DNA of 64,000 bases from a virus. The notes under the pieces were generated by a model, which saw only the letters and a program-made list of their open reading frames with translations, did no database searches and had not been told where the DNA came from. The position numbers were made by a program, and so were the translations under genes. Positions 49,788 to 59,810 of the stretch are shown here, in pieces. Position 1 is the stretch's first letter. Each line of letters starts with the position of its first letter. The stretch covers positions 1 through 64,000 of the IMG/VR virus record IMGVR_UViG_3300045988_093513; one strand, given 5' to 3'.

Positions 49788-50188
49788 ATGCTACCTCCTT
49801 GAGAAATACCTGGGGAAATGAATGCTTTACCGTTACAGATTCGTTTAACGTCGTGTCCGTCAAACATATTAACGTCCCAATAAAGCTCTTCCCATTCTTT
49901 ATAAGAATTACCACCAGTATCAATGGAAGCAGTTTCTTCCGCACTCAGTGATAAATTAACAATACCATTTTTAGGGTCTACATCTACCTGATGCATCTTT
50001 GCAATAACCGTGGTATCCTCGGCTGACGCTTTTACACTAGCGTAAAACTTGTAATCACTAATATCAATAGGTGTATCCTTTTCTCCCTCAAGGAGTTCAA
50101 ACTGAATATCAAAGTCTGCCCCCTGAGCGATAACGATATCAACTACTGGTACTAGCGGTGTTGCATTGTCACAGTTATGTCTGAGCAT
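49784..50188 (-). CDS. Hypothetical protein (134 aa), Ig-like composition
   Basis: ORF. Confidence 0.35.
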   Translation of the reverse strand: MLRHNCDNATPLVPVVDIVIAQGADFDIQFELLEGEKDTPIDISDYKFYASVKASAEDTTVIAKMHQVDVDPKNGIVNLSLSAEETASIDTGGNSYKEWEELYWDVNMFDGHDVKRICNGKAFISPGISQGGSM

Positions 50189-51123
50189 TGTTCACCTCCA
50201 TAATTTTTATACAAAGTGTCTATCACTCCTCCGTAATAGGCGCGTACAATCGGGCATCTACGTAAGGTTGCTTCGTCAGACATTAACGAGCATCCACCGC
50301 CACAGAACCTAAGCATATCGCATTTTGCACACATGCCCTGCTGTCTTTTAATTGTCTTATCCCATTCGCGAGAATATTCGCTTGGCTTACTCTCGTCATG
50401 GCAATTATACAAACTCCCATCTAGGTCTATATTGATAACTGTAGTTCCGTTACCGCACTTGTTGCCATAATCATATTGCCCTGTTAGTTGATACAGAGTT
50501 GAGAATATCATCGATGCTTCTGGTACTGTTGCCGTACCGTTAATGAACCTTTCTGTACAGGTACACATGTCTTTGTACAACTGGTCAACATCGACTTCCT
50601 CGAACTCCAACTGACTACTCGTAAAATTCAGAGGGAAATCAAAGTTCAAGCTAAACTCTTTATCTGGTAACAGCTCGCTTACGCGATTGATTACATCATG
50701 TACGACCGTCCATTTTGTTAGCACTGCCGAGATGCATAAGTTGTCAACGTCTTTAATGTTTGGGTTCTCTTGAAGAACATCGTATCCTCTGGTTTTCTTA
50801 CTAATTGGTCCATCCCAAGATACAGTTACACCGACATCATACTTATTCAGCCATTCTACTTTATCTTTATCTAGTAACTTACCGTTCGTTATAATGCCGT
50901 AACATAAATCAGAACGGTGAGACATGATTTCTTTAATGGCACCAAAGTACAACAGAGGCTCCCCGCCAAAAAATACGACAGGTGTTTTCGGCGGTATGGA
51001 ATGGAAGTATTCCCAGAACCTTGGTTTAATAGCTCTCGGGATTTGTCTTTCTTTAATCTGTCTCTGACAACAGTATGTACATTGTAAGTTGCAATCATTC
51101 CCTAGAATTACGAACAGTTTCAT
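50152..51123 (-). CDS. Radical SAM enzyme with a C-terminal SPASM domain
   Basis: CNLQCTYC (CxxxCxxC), GGEPLL and ITNG motifs. C-terminal CAKCDMLRFCGGGC (Cx2Cx5Cx3C). Confidence 0.65.
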   Translation of the reverse strand: MKLFVILGNDCNLQCTYCCQRQIKERQIPRAIKPRFWEYFHSIPPKTPVVFFGGEPLLYFGAIKEIMSHRSDLCYGIITNGKLLDKDKVEWLNKYDVGVTVSWDGPISKKTRGYDVLQENPNIKDVDNLCISAVLTKWTVVHDVINRVSELLPDKEFSLNFDFPLNFTSSQLEFEEVDVDQLYKDMCTCTERFINGTATVPEASMIFSTLYQLTGQYDYGNKCGNGTTVINIDLDGSLYNCHDESKPSEYSREWDKTIKRQQGMCAKCDMLRFCGGGCSLMSDEATLRRCPIVRAYYGGVIDTLYKNYGGEQCSDITVTMQHR

Positions 51124-52270
51124 ACGTCTTACCTACGCAAGCTGTAACAACTTCGCCACCCTGAATATTAAGGACGGTACGAATCAAATCCATGATATAA
51201 TCTGTTGCAAACAAGAACGTTACCGCTTCCAGTGGAATACCAACGGCTGCAAAAATAATTGCACAATCCATGAGCGTCCCGCCGATAATACCTGGAGCAC
51301 ACATCAAAGCTACAGTGGTTAATAACAATACCGTTACAATCGCCGCTACGCTTAGAGGTACTCCAAAGATGGATGAGGCGTACATAACATATACACCCAC
51401 GCAGACACACGAACCGACACGCATCAATACAGAAACGATAGGGGTGAGGTAATCAATCACTTCATGTGGAATGTCTGTATCTTTTTTCAATAATACGATA
51501 CGATTTCCGATAGTATTGGATGCGCCACCAGCAATAGCGTTAGCAACGTCCTCTACAAAGATAGCTCTCAGGAACGATGCCCCATCTACTTTGTGCAAGT
51601 AAAGGACGGGAAGTGACGCAAGTAAAGTAAACAATACAACCCCAACAATCAGTGTACCAAACATGCATACATAACTCTGTAATACGCCAAGACCAAATTT
51701 AACCACAACAGGGTACAGCAATGCGAATACTCCAACAGGTGCGATATACATGATGCAGTTAGCAATTTTCAGAAAGACGTGCTGGATAATACCAAGGGCG
51801 TGTGCGATAGAACTCTTATATGCACTTGTCCGCCCAACTAAACCTACCATGATTGCTAACGTTACAATCTGTAACATGTTACCCGTCGCAAACGAGTGAA
51901 CAATATTGACAGGGATACAGCCGTTGATGAACGACAGCACTGTAGGAGCCTGTACAGCGACCGTATTTGTTGCGGTTACGACAAACGTAGGTACACCAAT
52001 TACCCACGTTAATCCTAACCCTAACGCGACACCAATTACACTCAAGCCAAACATTAAGATAAAGGCGTGTACCGATACCTTTTGTCCATCATGCATATCG
52101 ATAATCGCTTTCGCGATAGACGCAAATGCTAACGGAACAACACACACCTTGAGTAACGACGTAAACATAGTGCCCAATTCTTTGAGGGGGTACTGTAACC
52201 ACGCGACATCTCCAAACACAAGCCCTAAACAAAGTGCTAACGCAATAGAGATTGCAATATTCCTATACAT
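51095..52270 (-). CDS. Sodium:dicarboxylate/amino-acid symporter (SDF, GltP/GltT-like) family membrane protein
   Basis: About 8 TM plus re-entrant segments. Motifs KVCVVPLAFASIAKAI, YIAPVGVFALL and DLIRTVLNIQGGEVVTACV match SDF signatures. Confidence 0.5.
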   Translation of the reverse strand: MYRNIAISIALALCLGLVFGDVAWLQYPLKELGTMFTSLLKVCVVPLAFASIAKAIIDMHDGQKVSVHAFILMFGLSVIGVALGLGLTWVIGVPTFVVTATNTVAVQAPTVLSFINGCIPVNIVHSFATGNMLQIVTLAIMVGLVGRTSAYKSSIAHALGIIQHVFLKIANCIMYIAPVGVFALLYPVVVKFGLGVLQSYVCMFGTLIVGVVLFTLLASLPVLYLHKVDGASFLRAIFVEDVANAIAGGASNTIGNRIVLLKKDTDIPHEVIDYLTPIVSVLMRVGSCVCVGVYVMYASSIFGVPLSVAAIVTVLLLTTVALMCAPGIIGGTLMDCAIIFAAVGIPLEAVTFLFATDYIMDLIRTVLNIQGGEVVTACVGKTYETVRNSRE

Positions 52271-52278
52271 GTATCCTC

Positions 52279-53265
52279 CTATAAATCTAACGCTTGCGCA
52301 ACGTCACTCCACAATAACTTTGGGTTTTCGAGCCCAATAGAAAGTCTAGCACAGAACCCTTGCGGATACCGTTCCTTACTTCTGAAGAAATCAGCGATAG
52401 AGTAAGTGCACCCGAAAGTTCCAACAGTCTTAAACTGTTTCAATCGCTTGCAGAACTCTTCTGTTTTTCCTGGTAGTGTAATTAAGCCACCACATCCAGG
52501 CCACAAGCAATCTACACCAGCTTCCTTGAGATTATCATAAATGTATGCTGCGCCATCTGTGTGCATAATCATTCTGCACGCCAATGTCTGCAACCCACGA
52601 CTAACCATGTACGCTTTATCTGGAGATACGCAGTTACCACGATGGGCGATAACCCACGACAAGTTATCCTGTCCTGGGTTTGCGAGTGGAACTGGCTTCT
52701 GTTCTAACCATCGCATGGTATCGGCAAAACATAAACCACCTGCCACTACATCGCCATAACCGCACACATATTTAGTATAAGACTCAATACATACATCGGC
52801 TCCATTCTTAATTGGATTCGAGTAATGGAGAGACACGATTGAGTTGTCTACCGCCAAGATACCGTTATAACGATGAGTTGTATCCGCCAGTGTTTGTACG
52901 TCATACCACTTAGCAAATGTTGTTGGGTTATCAATGATTACTAACACAGTTCCTTTAGAGGTGGCTAGAACGATTTCTAGGTCAGGCAACTGACCGACAT
53001 CTTTTAATTGAACGGTATTGATATTCTTATAGTGCAACCAATCACGTGTTTCAAAATATGTTTCGTCGTCGACAATAACTACATCTGGTTGCAAAATATC
53101 TAGGAGGGTTACAATAGCCTCCTGACCACTGTTACACAAAACTGTACGCCATCCTCCATAGAGTTTTGTCAGTTCCTCTTCCACCTGCCTAATAGGCATG
53201 TTGTGTGTTCTTACATATCGTCCAGTATTGTCACTAACGACGTTCATGTCAATAGTTGGTAACAT
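52279..53265 (-). CDS. PLP-dependent enzyme of the Cys/Met-metabolism (cystathionine gamma-synthase/lyase) family
   Basis: LCNSGQEAI and ESYTKYVCGYGDVVAG (SxTKY..GH.D-like PLP-lysine motif). Confidence 0.5.
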   Translation of the reverse strand: MLPTIDMNVVSDNTGRYVRTHNMPIRQVEEELTKLYGGWRTVLCNSGQEAIVTLLDILQPDVVIVDDETYFETRDWLHYKNINTVQLKDVGQLPDLEIVLATSKGTVLVIIDNPTTFAKWYDVQTLADTTHRYNGILAVDNSIVSLHYSNPIKNGADVCIESYTKYVCGYGDVVAGGLCFADTMRWLEQKPVPLANPGQDNLSWVIAHRGNCVSPDKAYMVSRGLQTLACRMIMHTDGAAYIYDNLKEAGVDCLWPGCGGLITLPGKTEEFCKRLKQFKTVGTFGCTYSIADFFRSKERYPQGFCARLSIGLENPKLLWSDVAQALDL

Positions 53266-53273
53266 ACATTCTC

Positions 53274-54236
53274 CTATTCAATTCCATAATCGGCTTTGTC
53301 TACTTTGTCAAAGTTGGGGTAGTTGTCAAGTAATGCATTAAACCATTTCTCTAGTTTGTTTGTAGTAGTTGTCGACAAATAAAACTCCTCGGCATGACCA
53401 CTAGCGTTAGACGTGAATCTTCCACTATACAACTGCCCGCTACCCCATACAAATATGGTATACAATGTAGCATACTTCTCATTAACTGTACGTAAATATT
53501 GTTTTATTTGATAATTAACATACGCTCTGGGCATGTACTTTTTGAAGGTATCGCCATAGCGCATTTTAATTTCACAGTTCGAGCAAACACCACATTGCTG
53601 TGGTAATGTTGTACAGCATGTTCTACACAGCGGGATTAAATCATCATACCCCCATTCGTGCAACGCCTGTAGCTCGTCGATAGCATTGATATGTACCATA
53701 CAGAATTTCATGTTACCGAATATGGTATACATATCTTTGTTCCCGTCTTTGTCTAATGTAAGTGTACCGTCATCTGCAATTTTGATGCCATAACTTGTAA
53801 TGGCTTCCTCCGTCTTGCCGATGTTGTTTGACCTGGTGTTTGGAGGCGGTGCCTCTATCCCAATCATAATACCTGGATATCGTTTTGCAAGTTTACCAAG
53901 TGAACGATACATATAATGTTTAGAAAGAATATCTTCGCTATACATGTGCTCATATGCACTTTCAAACTCCGCGTCTTGTGGAATATCTTCCTCTTTAATT
54001 TGAATCGGTTTTAGAATTGTGGCGGTGATACCGTCCTCTGCACGTATGAGTGGTAGCAAGTTGTTCTGCGCACTCATTTCTAGGTCTGCTGCTCCTCTTT
54101 CGCTTGTCTCTGGGAAAATAATATACACAGGTTGTATTTGTTCCGCAGTGTTTCTCGCCGTTTTACATAGCAGATAAGTACTGTCTAACCCACCTGACCA
54201 ATATATATATTGCATTATAACCTCCTCAACAGTCAC
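53274..54236 (-). CDS. QueC-like PP-loop ATPase (7-cyano-7-deazaguanine synthase family)
   Basis: N-terminal YIYWSGGLDSTYLL (SGGxDS PP-loop). C-terminal CRTCCTTLPQQCGVCSNC matches the QueC CGVCxxC zinc motif. Confidence 0.55.
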   Translation of the reverse strand: MTVEEVIMQYIYWSGGLDSTYLLCKTARNTAEQIQPVYIIFPETSERGAADLEMSAQNNLLPLIRAEDGITATILKPIQIKEEDIPQDAEFESAYEHMYSEDILSKHYMYRSLGKLAKRYPGIMIGIEAPPPNTRSNNIGKTEEAITSYGIKIADDGTLTLDKDGNKDMYTIFGNMKFCMVHINAIDELQALHEWGYDDLIPLCRTCCTTLPQQCGVCSNCEIKMRYGDTFKKYMPRAYVNYQIKQYLRTVNEKYATLYTIFVWGSGQLYSGRFTSNASGHAEEFYLSTTTTNKLEKWFNALLDNYPNFDKVDKADYGIE

Positions 54237-56184
54237 AATTGCAGTTTATAAAACCAGTAACAGTGCTATGTGTTGCGCCCAAGGAGAATGTAACGGATTT
54301 TCTTAACAATGTGTTAATAATATCTTGAAGCGTATATGTTCCGTTCTGAAACATAGGAGTAACATCCAGTTGATTCCACGCTACCCCGCGACTGAGTCCG
54401 TCAGGGTGTCTATTATCACTGCGAAAATTAGCAGTAATAACATACCCTGGATTGGTCTGCCCGTCTAGTGTATATGGAGCTCCCAGACCTCCACTACCAT
54501 AGACCGCACCATTTACATTCAAATCCCCATTGATAGTAACACCATTATTAAAACTAGTAGCACCAGCAAAATACGCGCTACCGTTTTCATTGTCAATCCA
54601 TGCTTTGTTTTCTTTTCCAACGCCATTAAAGTATGTCCTTTTACCCCTTAACACAAGACCATAAGTTTCTGAGCCGTTATCCTGCCACGTTTCTTTTCCA
54701 ACACTTGGGTTTTCTGTGGTGCTATCATTGACCGTAAACACGATTTTGTTTGCGTTAATCTCTCCAGTTGTACTAATTGTGCCATTACTAATAATACGGT
54801 TCGCTGTAATCATACCGTCAGCCCCATCTGTCGGGGACATGTTCATGTATGTTAGCGTACTAACATCAGCCGTCCCTAACGTAGCATCAACTGCATTGAC
54901 AGTGTCAGCAGTGAAGTCACGGATAGAACCGCTATCTGCACTCAACTCTTTTGCTTTAATTCGATTAGACTCTACGGCATCGGCTACGATAGTGTCGTTG
55001 ATAGTAAGAGAGTCTACCTCGATAGTATCACTATGTAAAGACTTTGTGTTAATCTCGTTAGTAGTAATATCTTTGCTTGTTATCCTATTACTATGAATAT
55101 CTATGAACGTATTTAAGTCAGAATGCCGTGGATTACTTACATCAACAGCTACGGAAGTAGAGTGATTGGACTCACCAATACAGTCGAAGTACGTTAAACT
55201 AATAGTGTCGTGTTCTTTCGTTGTGTAATAGGTGAAGGAATGTTGGGTATTATCAACTGTAAACTTCACATTATTAACATAGATATTAGTACCAAGTCCA
55301 TACGTAGGAGCTTTGAACTCAACTATAATTTTGTACTGGTCTTCGTTATCGTTAGTATCAACTTTTACCGTCGGAGCTTCTGGTGTGGTTAGCTGGGGGA
55401 ACGAGTAAGCAGACTCGAGAGACGTAGAATATTTCTCGCTAATACCGAAGTTCGCTGCATAGATTGTCCCGTTACGCTCTTTAGGTACATACAAGTAAGA
55501 CTTGCCACGAGACCTAGTTAGTAACCCGTCATCAACGCCGAAGTTATTATTACCATCACGTAACTCTGTGTACGTGTAGAAAGCGTTTGGCTGCTGTGTC
55601 CATTCGATTAGAAGACCTTTTGCAGTCGCTGCAGTGGTCAACGACGCTGGCGGTGTCGTATCTCTAACTTGTACTGGAATGAATGTAATGGCACTAGGTG
55701 CTTTACTTTCCTCAGAACGTTTACCATCATCGGTCACACCGATGGCTACAACTCTATAACGATAGCCTGGCAATACGTTAGGAATCGTAGCGGTCAGTGC
55801 GCCATCCTTTGACTGGTAGATACGTGACCCCACCTGATTCCAATTTACGGATGCGTTACCCTTCTGAGGAGCTTGCTGGAGATTTAACAGAGCGTATTTA
55901 TAGACACGAGCTTCGTTAAAGCTACCAGTTTCCCACGTAACCGTAAGGTTATAATAGTCTCCAGATTTCTCGTAAGTTATTTTAACGTTCGATAATTGGT
56001 TACTGATGGTAGTTACAGTGGTTCCATCTCCACCGCCACCACTTCCGCTACCTGTACCTGCATACGTTGCGATATAATTTAACGACTTGCGCACAGCATC
56101 GGCAAACTTACGACCATCACCTTGGGAGTCTGTTGGAATAGCGGCTACAAGGCGAGCCGCTTTCTTGTTAAAGTCCGTTGCCAT
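54226..56184 (-). CDS. Tail fibre / receptor-binding-like protein (652 aa) with FN3-like segments
   Basis: Gly-rich linker, beta-rich repeats and a Cys-rich C-terminus. Confidence 0.4.
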   Translation of the reverse strand: MATDFNKKAARLVAAIPTDSQGDGRKFADAVRKSLNYIATYAGTGSGSGGGGDGTTVTTISNQLSNVKITYEKSGDYYNLTVTWETGSFNEARVYKYALLNLQQAPQKGNASVNWNQVGSRIYQSKDGALTATIPNVLPGYRYRVVAIGVTDDGKRSEESKAPSAITFIPVQVRDTTPPASLTTAATAKGLLIEWTQQPNAFYTYTELRDGNNNFGVDDGLLTRSRGKSYLYVPKERNGTIYAANFGISEKYSTSLESAYSFPQLTTPEAPTVKVDTNDNEDQYKIIVEFKAPTYGLGTNIYVNNVKFTVDNTQHSFTYYTTKEHDTISLTYFDCIGESNHSTSVAVDVSNPRHSDLNTFIDIHSNRITSKDITTNEINTKSLHSDTIEVDSLTINDTIVADAVESNRIKAKELSADSGSIRDFTADTVNAVDATLGTADVSTLTYMNMSPTDGADGMITANRIISNGTISTTGEINANKIVFTVNDSTTENPSVGKETWQDNGSETYGLVLRGKRTYFNGVGKENKAWIDNENGSAYFAGATSFNNGVTINGDLNVNGAVYGSGGLGAPYTLDGQTNPGYVITANFRSDNRHPDGLSRGVAWNQLDVTPMFQNGTYTLQDIINTLLRKSVTFSLGATHSTVTGFINCNCDC

Positions 56185-56193
56185 CTATTCACC

Positions 56194-56700
56194 TCATTTC
56201 GGAAGTAATTTTGCAATACCTGTAGCAAAGTCCATCTCAGACCCCATATCAAACCCATGATTCTGCATAGCTAAAGCGATGACAATTTGTGCCATAAGGT
56301 TGGCAAGAGCTGGTTTCATGAAGAATGAGTCCGTTGGGAGTGTACTCGTCAAAGTGTCAACTCTCGGTGGTTGTTTCCAGTACCTGAATGTACACGGCAA
56401 ATCTCCATAGCAAGTAAGTTTATCCCCGTCTCTACATACTGGTGGTTTACCAGTGGGAGTACCATACCCATCTGGAATGTACATCTCCGTCTCGTTCATC
56501 GTGAGCCAGCCAGCAGCTTCATCATAATCATTTTGTACCATAACCTGCCAAATCATATTGATTGCATCATTCACGTAGGCAATCAGCTCTTGGTCAGTGT
56601 AGGCGGTCTCAATGGCGTCTGAAAGTCTCTCTCTAATCGCAAACCTTCGAATAAACATTTCAACGGTCATGTTCTTGAGATAGTCTGGTTTTTCAGCCAT
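56194..56700 (-). CDS. Virion-assembly hypothetical protein (168 aa)
   Basis: ORF in the structural operon. Confidence 0.4.
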   Translation of the reverse strand: MAEKPDYLKNMTVEMFIRRFAIRERLSDAIETAYTDQELIAYVNDAINMIWQVMVQNDYDEAAGWLTMNETEMYIPDGYGTPTGKPPVCRDGDKLTCYGDLPCTFRYWKQPPRVDTLTSTLPTDSFFMKPALANLMAQIVIALAMQNHGFDMGSEMDFATGIAKLLPK

Positions 56701-57158
56701 TAACTACCAGCCCCCTGTCCCTGTTGCATCTGCTGCCCCTGCATTGGGTCTGCCTCAAGGACAGTAGCATCAATAAGACGTTTAAGTTGCCAGTCTCTAT
56801 AGAACGGAACCTTATCTGTCAGAAGTTTAATCTTCGGACGTATAGCGAAATATCGAACAACCATAGGACACGGATACTCTTGGTCTAGCAATTCCATATT
56901 TACCGTCTCCCCTTCTTCAGTAAAGGCGATAGGATACTGCCCCACAAACTCAATGAAATCACTTGGACGTTCCATTGCCTGTCCAGCTTCAATCTGAAAC
57001 TCTTTAACAAACTCTGGAGTTTTACTATCCGAACATTCAAGGGATACCGTATCAATAGCGTTGTTAAGGCAATAGATAAGTTCTTCATCAGAGTATTTCA
57101 ACTTGGACATATCGTTAAGTTTCTGACGCGCCTTAATCAGTAGTTGGTTTACTGTCAT
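56700..57158 (-). CDS. Virion-assembly hypothetical protein (152 aa)
   Basis: ORF. ATGA overlap with the next gene. Confidence 0.4.
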   Translation of the reverse strand: MTVNQLLIKARQKLNDMSKLKYSDEELIYCLNNAIDTVSLECSDSKTPEFVKEFQIEAGQAMERPSDFIEFVGQYPIAFTEEGETVNMELLDQEYPCPMVVRYFAIRPKIKLLTDKVPFYRDWQLKRLIDATVLEADPMQGQQMQQGQGAGS

Positions 57159-57170
57159 TCAATCACCCCT

Positions 57171-57704
57171 TTACAAATAGAATGGAAGTTCTCTTGTGAT
57201 TTCATAGTCATTGGCTTGACCATTGGTCTCAGCGGAAACGGCGTTAGCGATGTCGTCATCAGAAATAGAGCCATTGATATAGCCAATACACAATCTAACC
57301 AAGAGAAGATAAAAGAAATAAGGAAGTTCAATGATTTCATCCAAGTGGTGAATCAACGGGACGTGTCTAAAATAAATCATAGTGTCATCGGTGTCGGTGT
57401 AAATCTTTGTGCCACGGATGTGCCACTTGATTTTCTTGCGTTCGCCCTCTGGTAGTTCTTCATCGGACAACCACCCAGAGAAGTTGATATAATCGTCTGG
57501 TAACTCTACACCATACTTGCGCGCTTTAACTGTAGTCTCTTTTTTAACATACGGAGAGTTAAGCCGAACAAGTTCAAGATTCACATATGTTAGTACATGG
57601 TTAATAGCTGTCACAAGTTCTTCATCAGAGTGACTACGATTATACAATTCGTTGAGTCCCATCAGGATGTCATTGGACAACCTTCTTGCACGAATGTACT
57701 CCAT
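57171..57704 (-). CDS. Virion-assembly hypothetical protein (177 aa)
   Basis: ORF. Confidence 0.4.
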   Translation of the reverse strand: MEYIRARRLSNDILMGLNELYNRSHSDEELVTAINHVLTYVNLELVRLNSPYVKKETTVKARKYGVELPDDYINFSGWLSDEELPEGERKKIKWHIRGTKIYTDTDDTMIYFRHVPLIHHLDEIIELPYFFYLLLVRLCIGYINGSISDDDIANAVSAETNGQANDYEITRELPFYL

Positions 57705-57713
57705 AATTCCTCC

Positions 57714-58073
57714 TTACATGTGGTCAACTGTCATAAACTCTGGGTTGTCCTTCAGCCACTGTTTGATATACTTGTTGAAGCTCTCGTGGTCGCCACACGC
57801 CATAGCTTCTTTAGCACACTGGAGTGTGAGCTCTGTCGGGTCGTTCCAGCATTCATAAGGGATACGCCCAAGCCTTCGCCCACCTTTATGCTTCCCGAGA
57901 TACGGGTCTTTCTTTCTATCCTCGTAGCAGGAACGCATAATGTCAGTTGCGTCCCAAGTATTAGTCAGTGACCAGTTACCATGTTTATCGACATCAACGT
58001 CTTGTCTTACAATGTTATTACTCATGTTATCTCCTTTTGATATAAGAAAAAAGGGGAGCCATAGGCTCCCCAA
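57714..58073 (-). CDS. Hypothetical protein (119 aa)
   Basis: ORF. Confidence 0.4.
   Translation of the reverse strand: MGSLWLPFFLISKGDNMSNNIVRQDVDVDKHGNWSLTNTWDATDIMRSCYEDRKKDPYLGKHKGGRRLGRIPYECWNDPTELTLQCAKEAMACGDHESFNKYIKQWLKDNPEFMTVDHM
58046..58071 (-). terminator. Rho-independent terminator after the capsid gene (minus strand)
   Basis: GGGGAGCC-ATA-GGCTCCCC hairpin followed by U7 on the minus strand. Confidence 0.65.
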
Positions 58074-58094
58074 TCTTCTATACGAGAACCTCCG

Positions 58095-59057
58095 TTACGG
58101 CGCAACGGTTGGAGTAATAGTCTCCACGACAACTGGTTTCGGGTTAACCTTACCAGTCAGGTTCTTAATACGAGCGTTAGCATTCGGTGCGGTACATTCG
58201 ATAGATGCTACGCCAGTGATTACCTTTTCCTTATAAGTACCGACTCTCGGCGGTTCTTCAGTATGGAACGGAATAAGGTAGCCAAGTTTCCAATACTGCG
58301 GGTCGAGCAGGTCAACCACATCGTCAGAGTACATACGATGGGCTTCCAGACGAAGAGAACCAAAGTCAGTCTCGATGATTTCGAGAGAGGTGGTGATACT
58401 CTTGTCACCTGCCTGGCGAATCGGCAGTGCACCCTGAGTAAAGTCGGCGCATCCACGCTTATTACGTGCGGACATAATAGCGACGGACGGGTCGCCACCA
58501 CGCTGCCAGGTCAGCTGCATTGCGTCATTCAGAAGGTCGAAAGTAAGGTTGCCCTTAGCAACGTCCTTCGCTGCGTCAATGCAGTTCTGGAATGTGATGG
58601 AGCCCATCTTAGTTTCTTTAACTTTACCTTCACCGCTGGAAACACCATGACCATTTGCGTCATACTTGACGGAGTTCATAGCGCCTTCCGGAGTGTCATA
58701 CAGATAGAACGTATTAGCGTCCTTAACTGCTACGTAGTAGGCAACGTTTTCTTTACATACAGCACCACCACGAACGATGAGGGCATCGCCGTTTACAAAG
58801 CCGTGGTCGTTCAGAGTGAACTCACCAAAAGCTACGGTTACACCTTTCAGTTCATCTTCAAGGAAGTACGGAATACCACCAAAAGTACCAGCAACGTTTT
58901 CAGACATCGGGGTTGCAGTGGTGTTGTTTACGATAGCATATTCAAGGTCACCTGCGATTTCCTTGCCAGCCTTAACGAACTGGTACGCTACTTCGTCACG
59001 AACACCGTACTTTTTGATAGCCTGAGTGATATCAGAGATGTTATCGTTTGTGTTAAC
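58095..59057 (-). CDS. Major capsid protein, 3' exon (HK97-fold-like)
   Basis: The frame is open from 59057 (after an in-frame TGA at 59058-60) to the stop. The sequence is capsid-like and the position is portal-scaffold-capsid. The listed ORF from the first ATG (58907) is a truncation artefact. Confidence 0.5.
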   Translation of the reverse strand, partial: VNTNDNISDITQAIKKYGVRDEVAYQFVKAGKEIAGDLEYAIVNNTTATPMSENVAGTFGGIPYFLEDELKGVTVAFGEFTLNDHGFVNGDALIVRGGAVCKENVAYYVAVKDANTFYLYDTPEGAMNSVKYDANGHGVSSGEGKVKETKMGSITFQNCIDAAKDVAKGNLTFDLLNDAMQLTWQRGGDPSVAIMSARNKRGCADFTQGALPIRQAGDKSITTSLEIIETDFGSLRLEAHRMYSDDVVDLLDPQYWKLGYLIPFHTEEPPRVGTYKEKVITGVASIECTAPNANARIKNLTGKVNPKPVVVETITPTVAP

Positions 59058-59810
59058 TCATACTTTCATATGAGACCAGACTATATTATACTTAATCGGT
59101 GTTATCGTATAGTCGTTGGGATTTCATACGCTTTTCACAGTAATTATTTAACCTTTTCTGTTTACGTAAAATATTGAACTTTAGTCCAGATTCTATAAAT
59201 GACTTTAGGTTCATAGTGAAACTCAGTTGTACTTTGTTTTTGGTTCGTATTTCTCTTGTCTTACCACACGATACACCAAAGGATTGTAGCATCCTTTTTA
59301 TATCGTATGTCCAAGAGTATGTAGTTCCGTACCCCATCATCCAATTTGTATTACCATTTGGATTGGCACGCTGTGAGACCCAACCATCAGAATCAAGTAC
59401 ACCTTCTAAAAATTCTTTCTTTAACTCTTTGTCCCATTGATACACATAGTCTGGGATGTATCTACATCCAGCTGTGTCATCAACGAATATCTTAAATTCT
59501 TTAGAACATACTTGAAGATAGTATTTGTTAGTCCCTACCCTTTGGTGGACTTTCACATCTCTATTGATAAAACGTGATAAGTAATCAGCAACTTTACCAA
59601 TAAACTCTTTATCAATACATTCAAATGAGTATGCGTACGTGTTCCCTCTTTTGAAAACACTAGCATCTCCAAAGTAACAACCAAGTAAATAAGCGTATGT
59701 CTTATCTGCGGGTTTCCTATTCATAATACATATCCTTTCTATTTTTACACTTTGGTAAGAAGGGCTTTAAGGGTTTCCTGCATATGGATAACTTTTATAT
59801 GGGCAAACAT
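59058..59810 (-). mobile_element. Intervening element in the capsid gene. Probably a group I intron carrying a LAGLIDADG homing endonuclease.
   Basis: A 750-nt insertion between two in-phase capsid ORF halves. It contains a free-standing LAGLIDADG ORF in a different frame with its own RBS. Confidence 0.45.
59092..59724 (-). CDS. LAGLIDADG homing endonuclease
   Basis: Two LAGLIDADG motifs: AYLLGCYFGDASV and EFLEGVLDSDGWVS. RBS AAAGGATATG. Confidence 0.7.
   Translation of the reverse strand: MNRKPADKTYAYLLGCYFGDASVFKRGNTYAYSFECIDKEFIGKVADYLSRFINRDVKVHQRVGTNKYYLQVCSKEFKIFVDDTAGCRYIPDYVYQWDKELKKEFLEGVLDSDGWVSQRANPNGNTNWMMGYGTTYSWTYDIKRMLQSFGVSCGKTREIRTKNKVQLSFTMNLKSFIESGLKFNILRKQKRLNNYCEKRMKSQRLYDNTD

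Noticed and set aside
53274-54236. DndC / PAPS-reductase-type PP-loop enzyme (DNA phosphorothioation)
   Set aside because: The C-terminal CGVCSNC zinc motif and ~320-aa size fit QueC better than DndC (about 500 aa with a 4Fe-4S cluster). A thiolation role with the PLP enzyme cannot be fully excluded.
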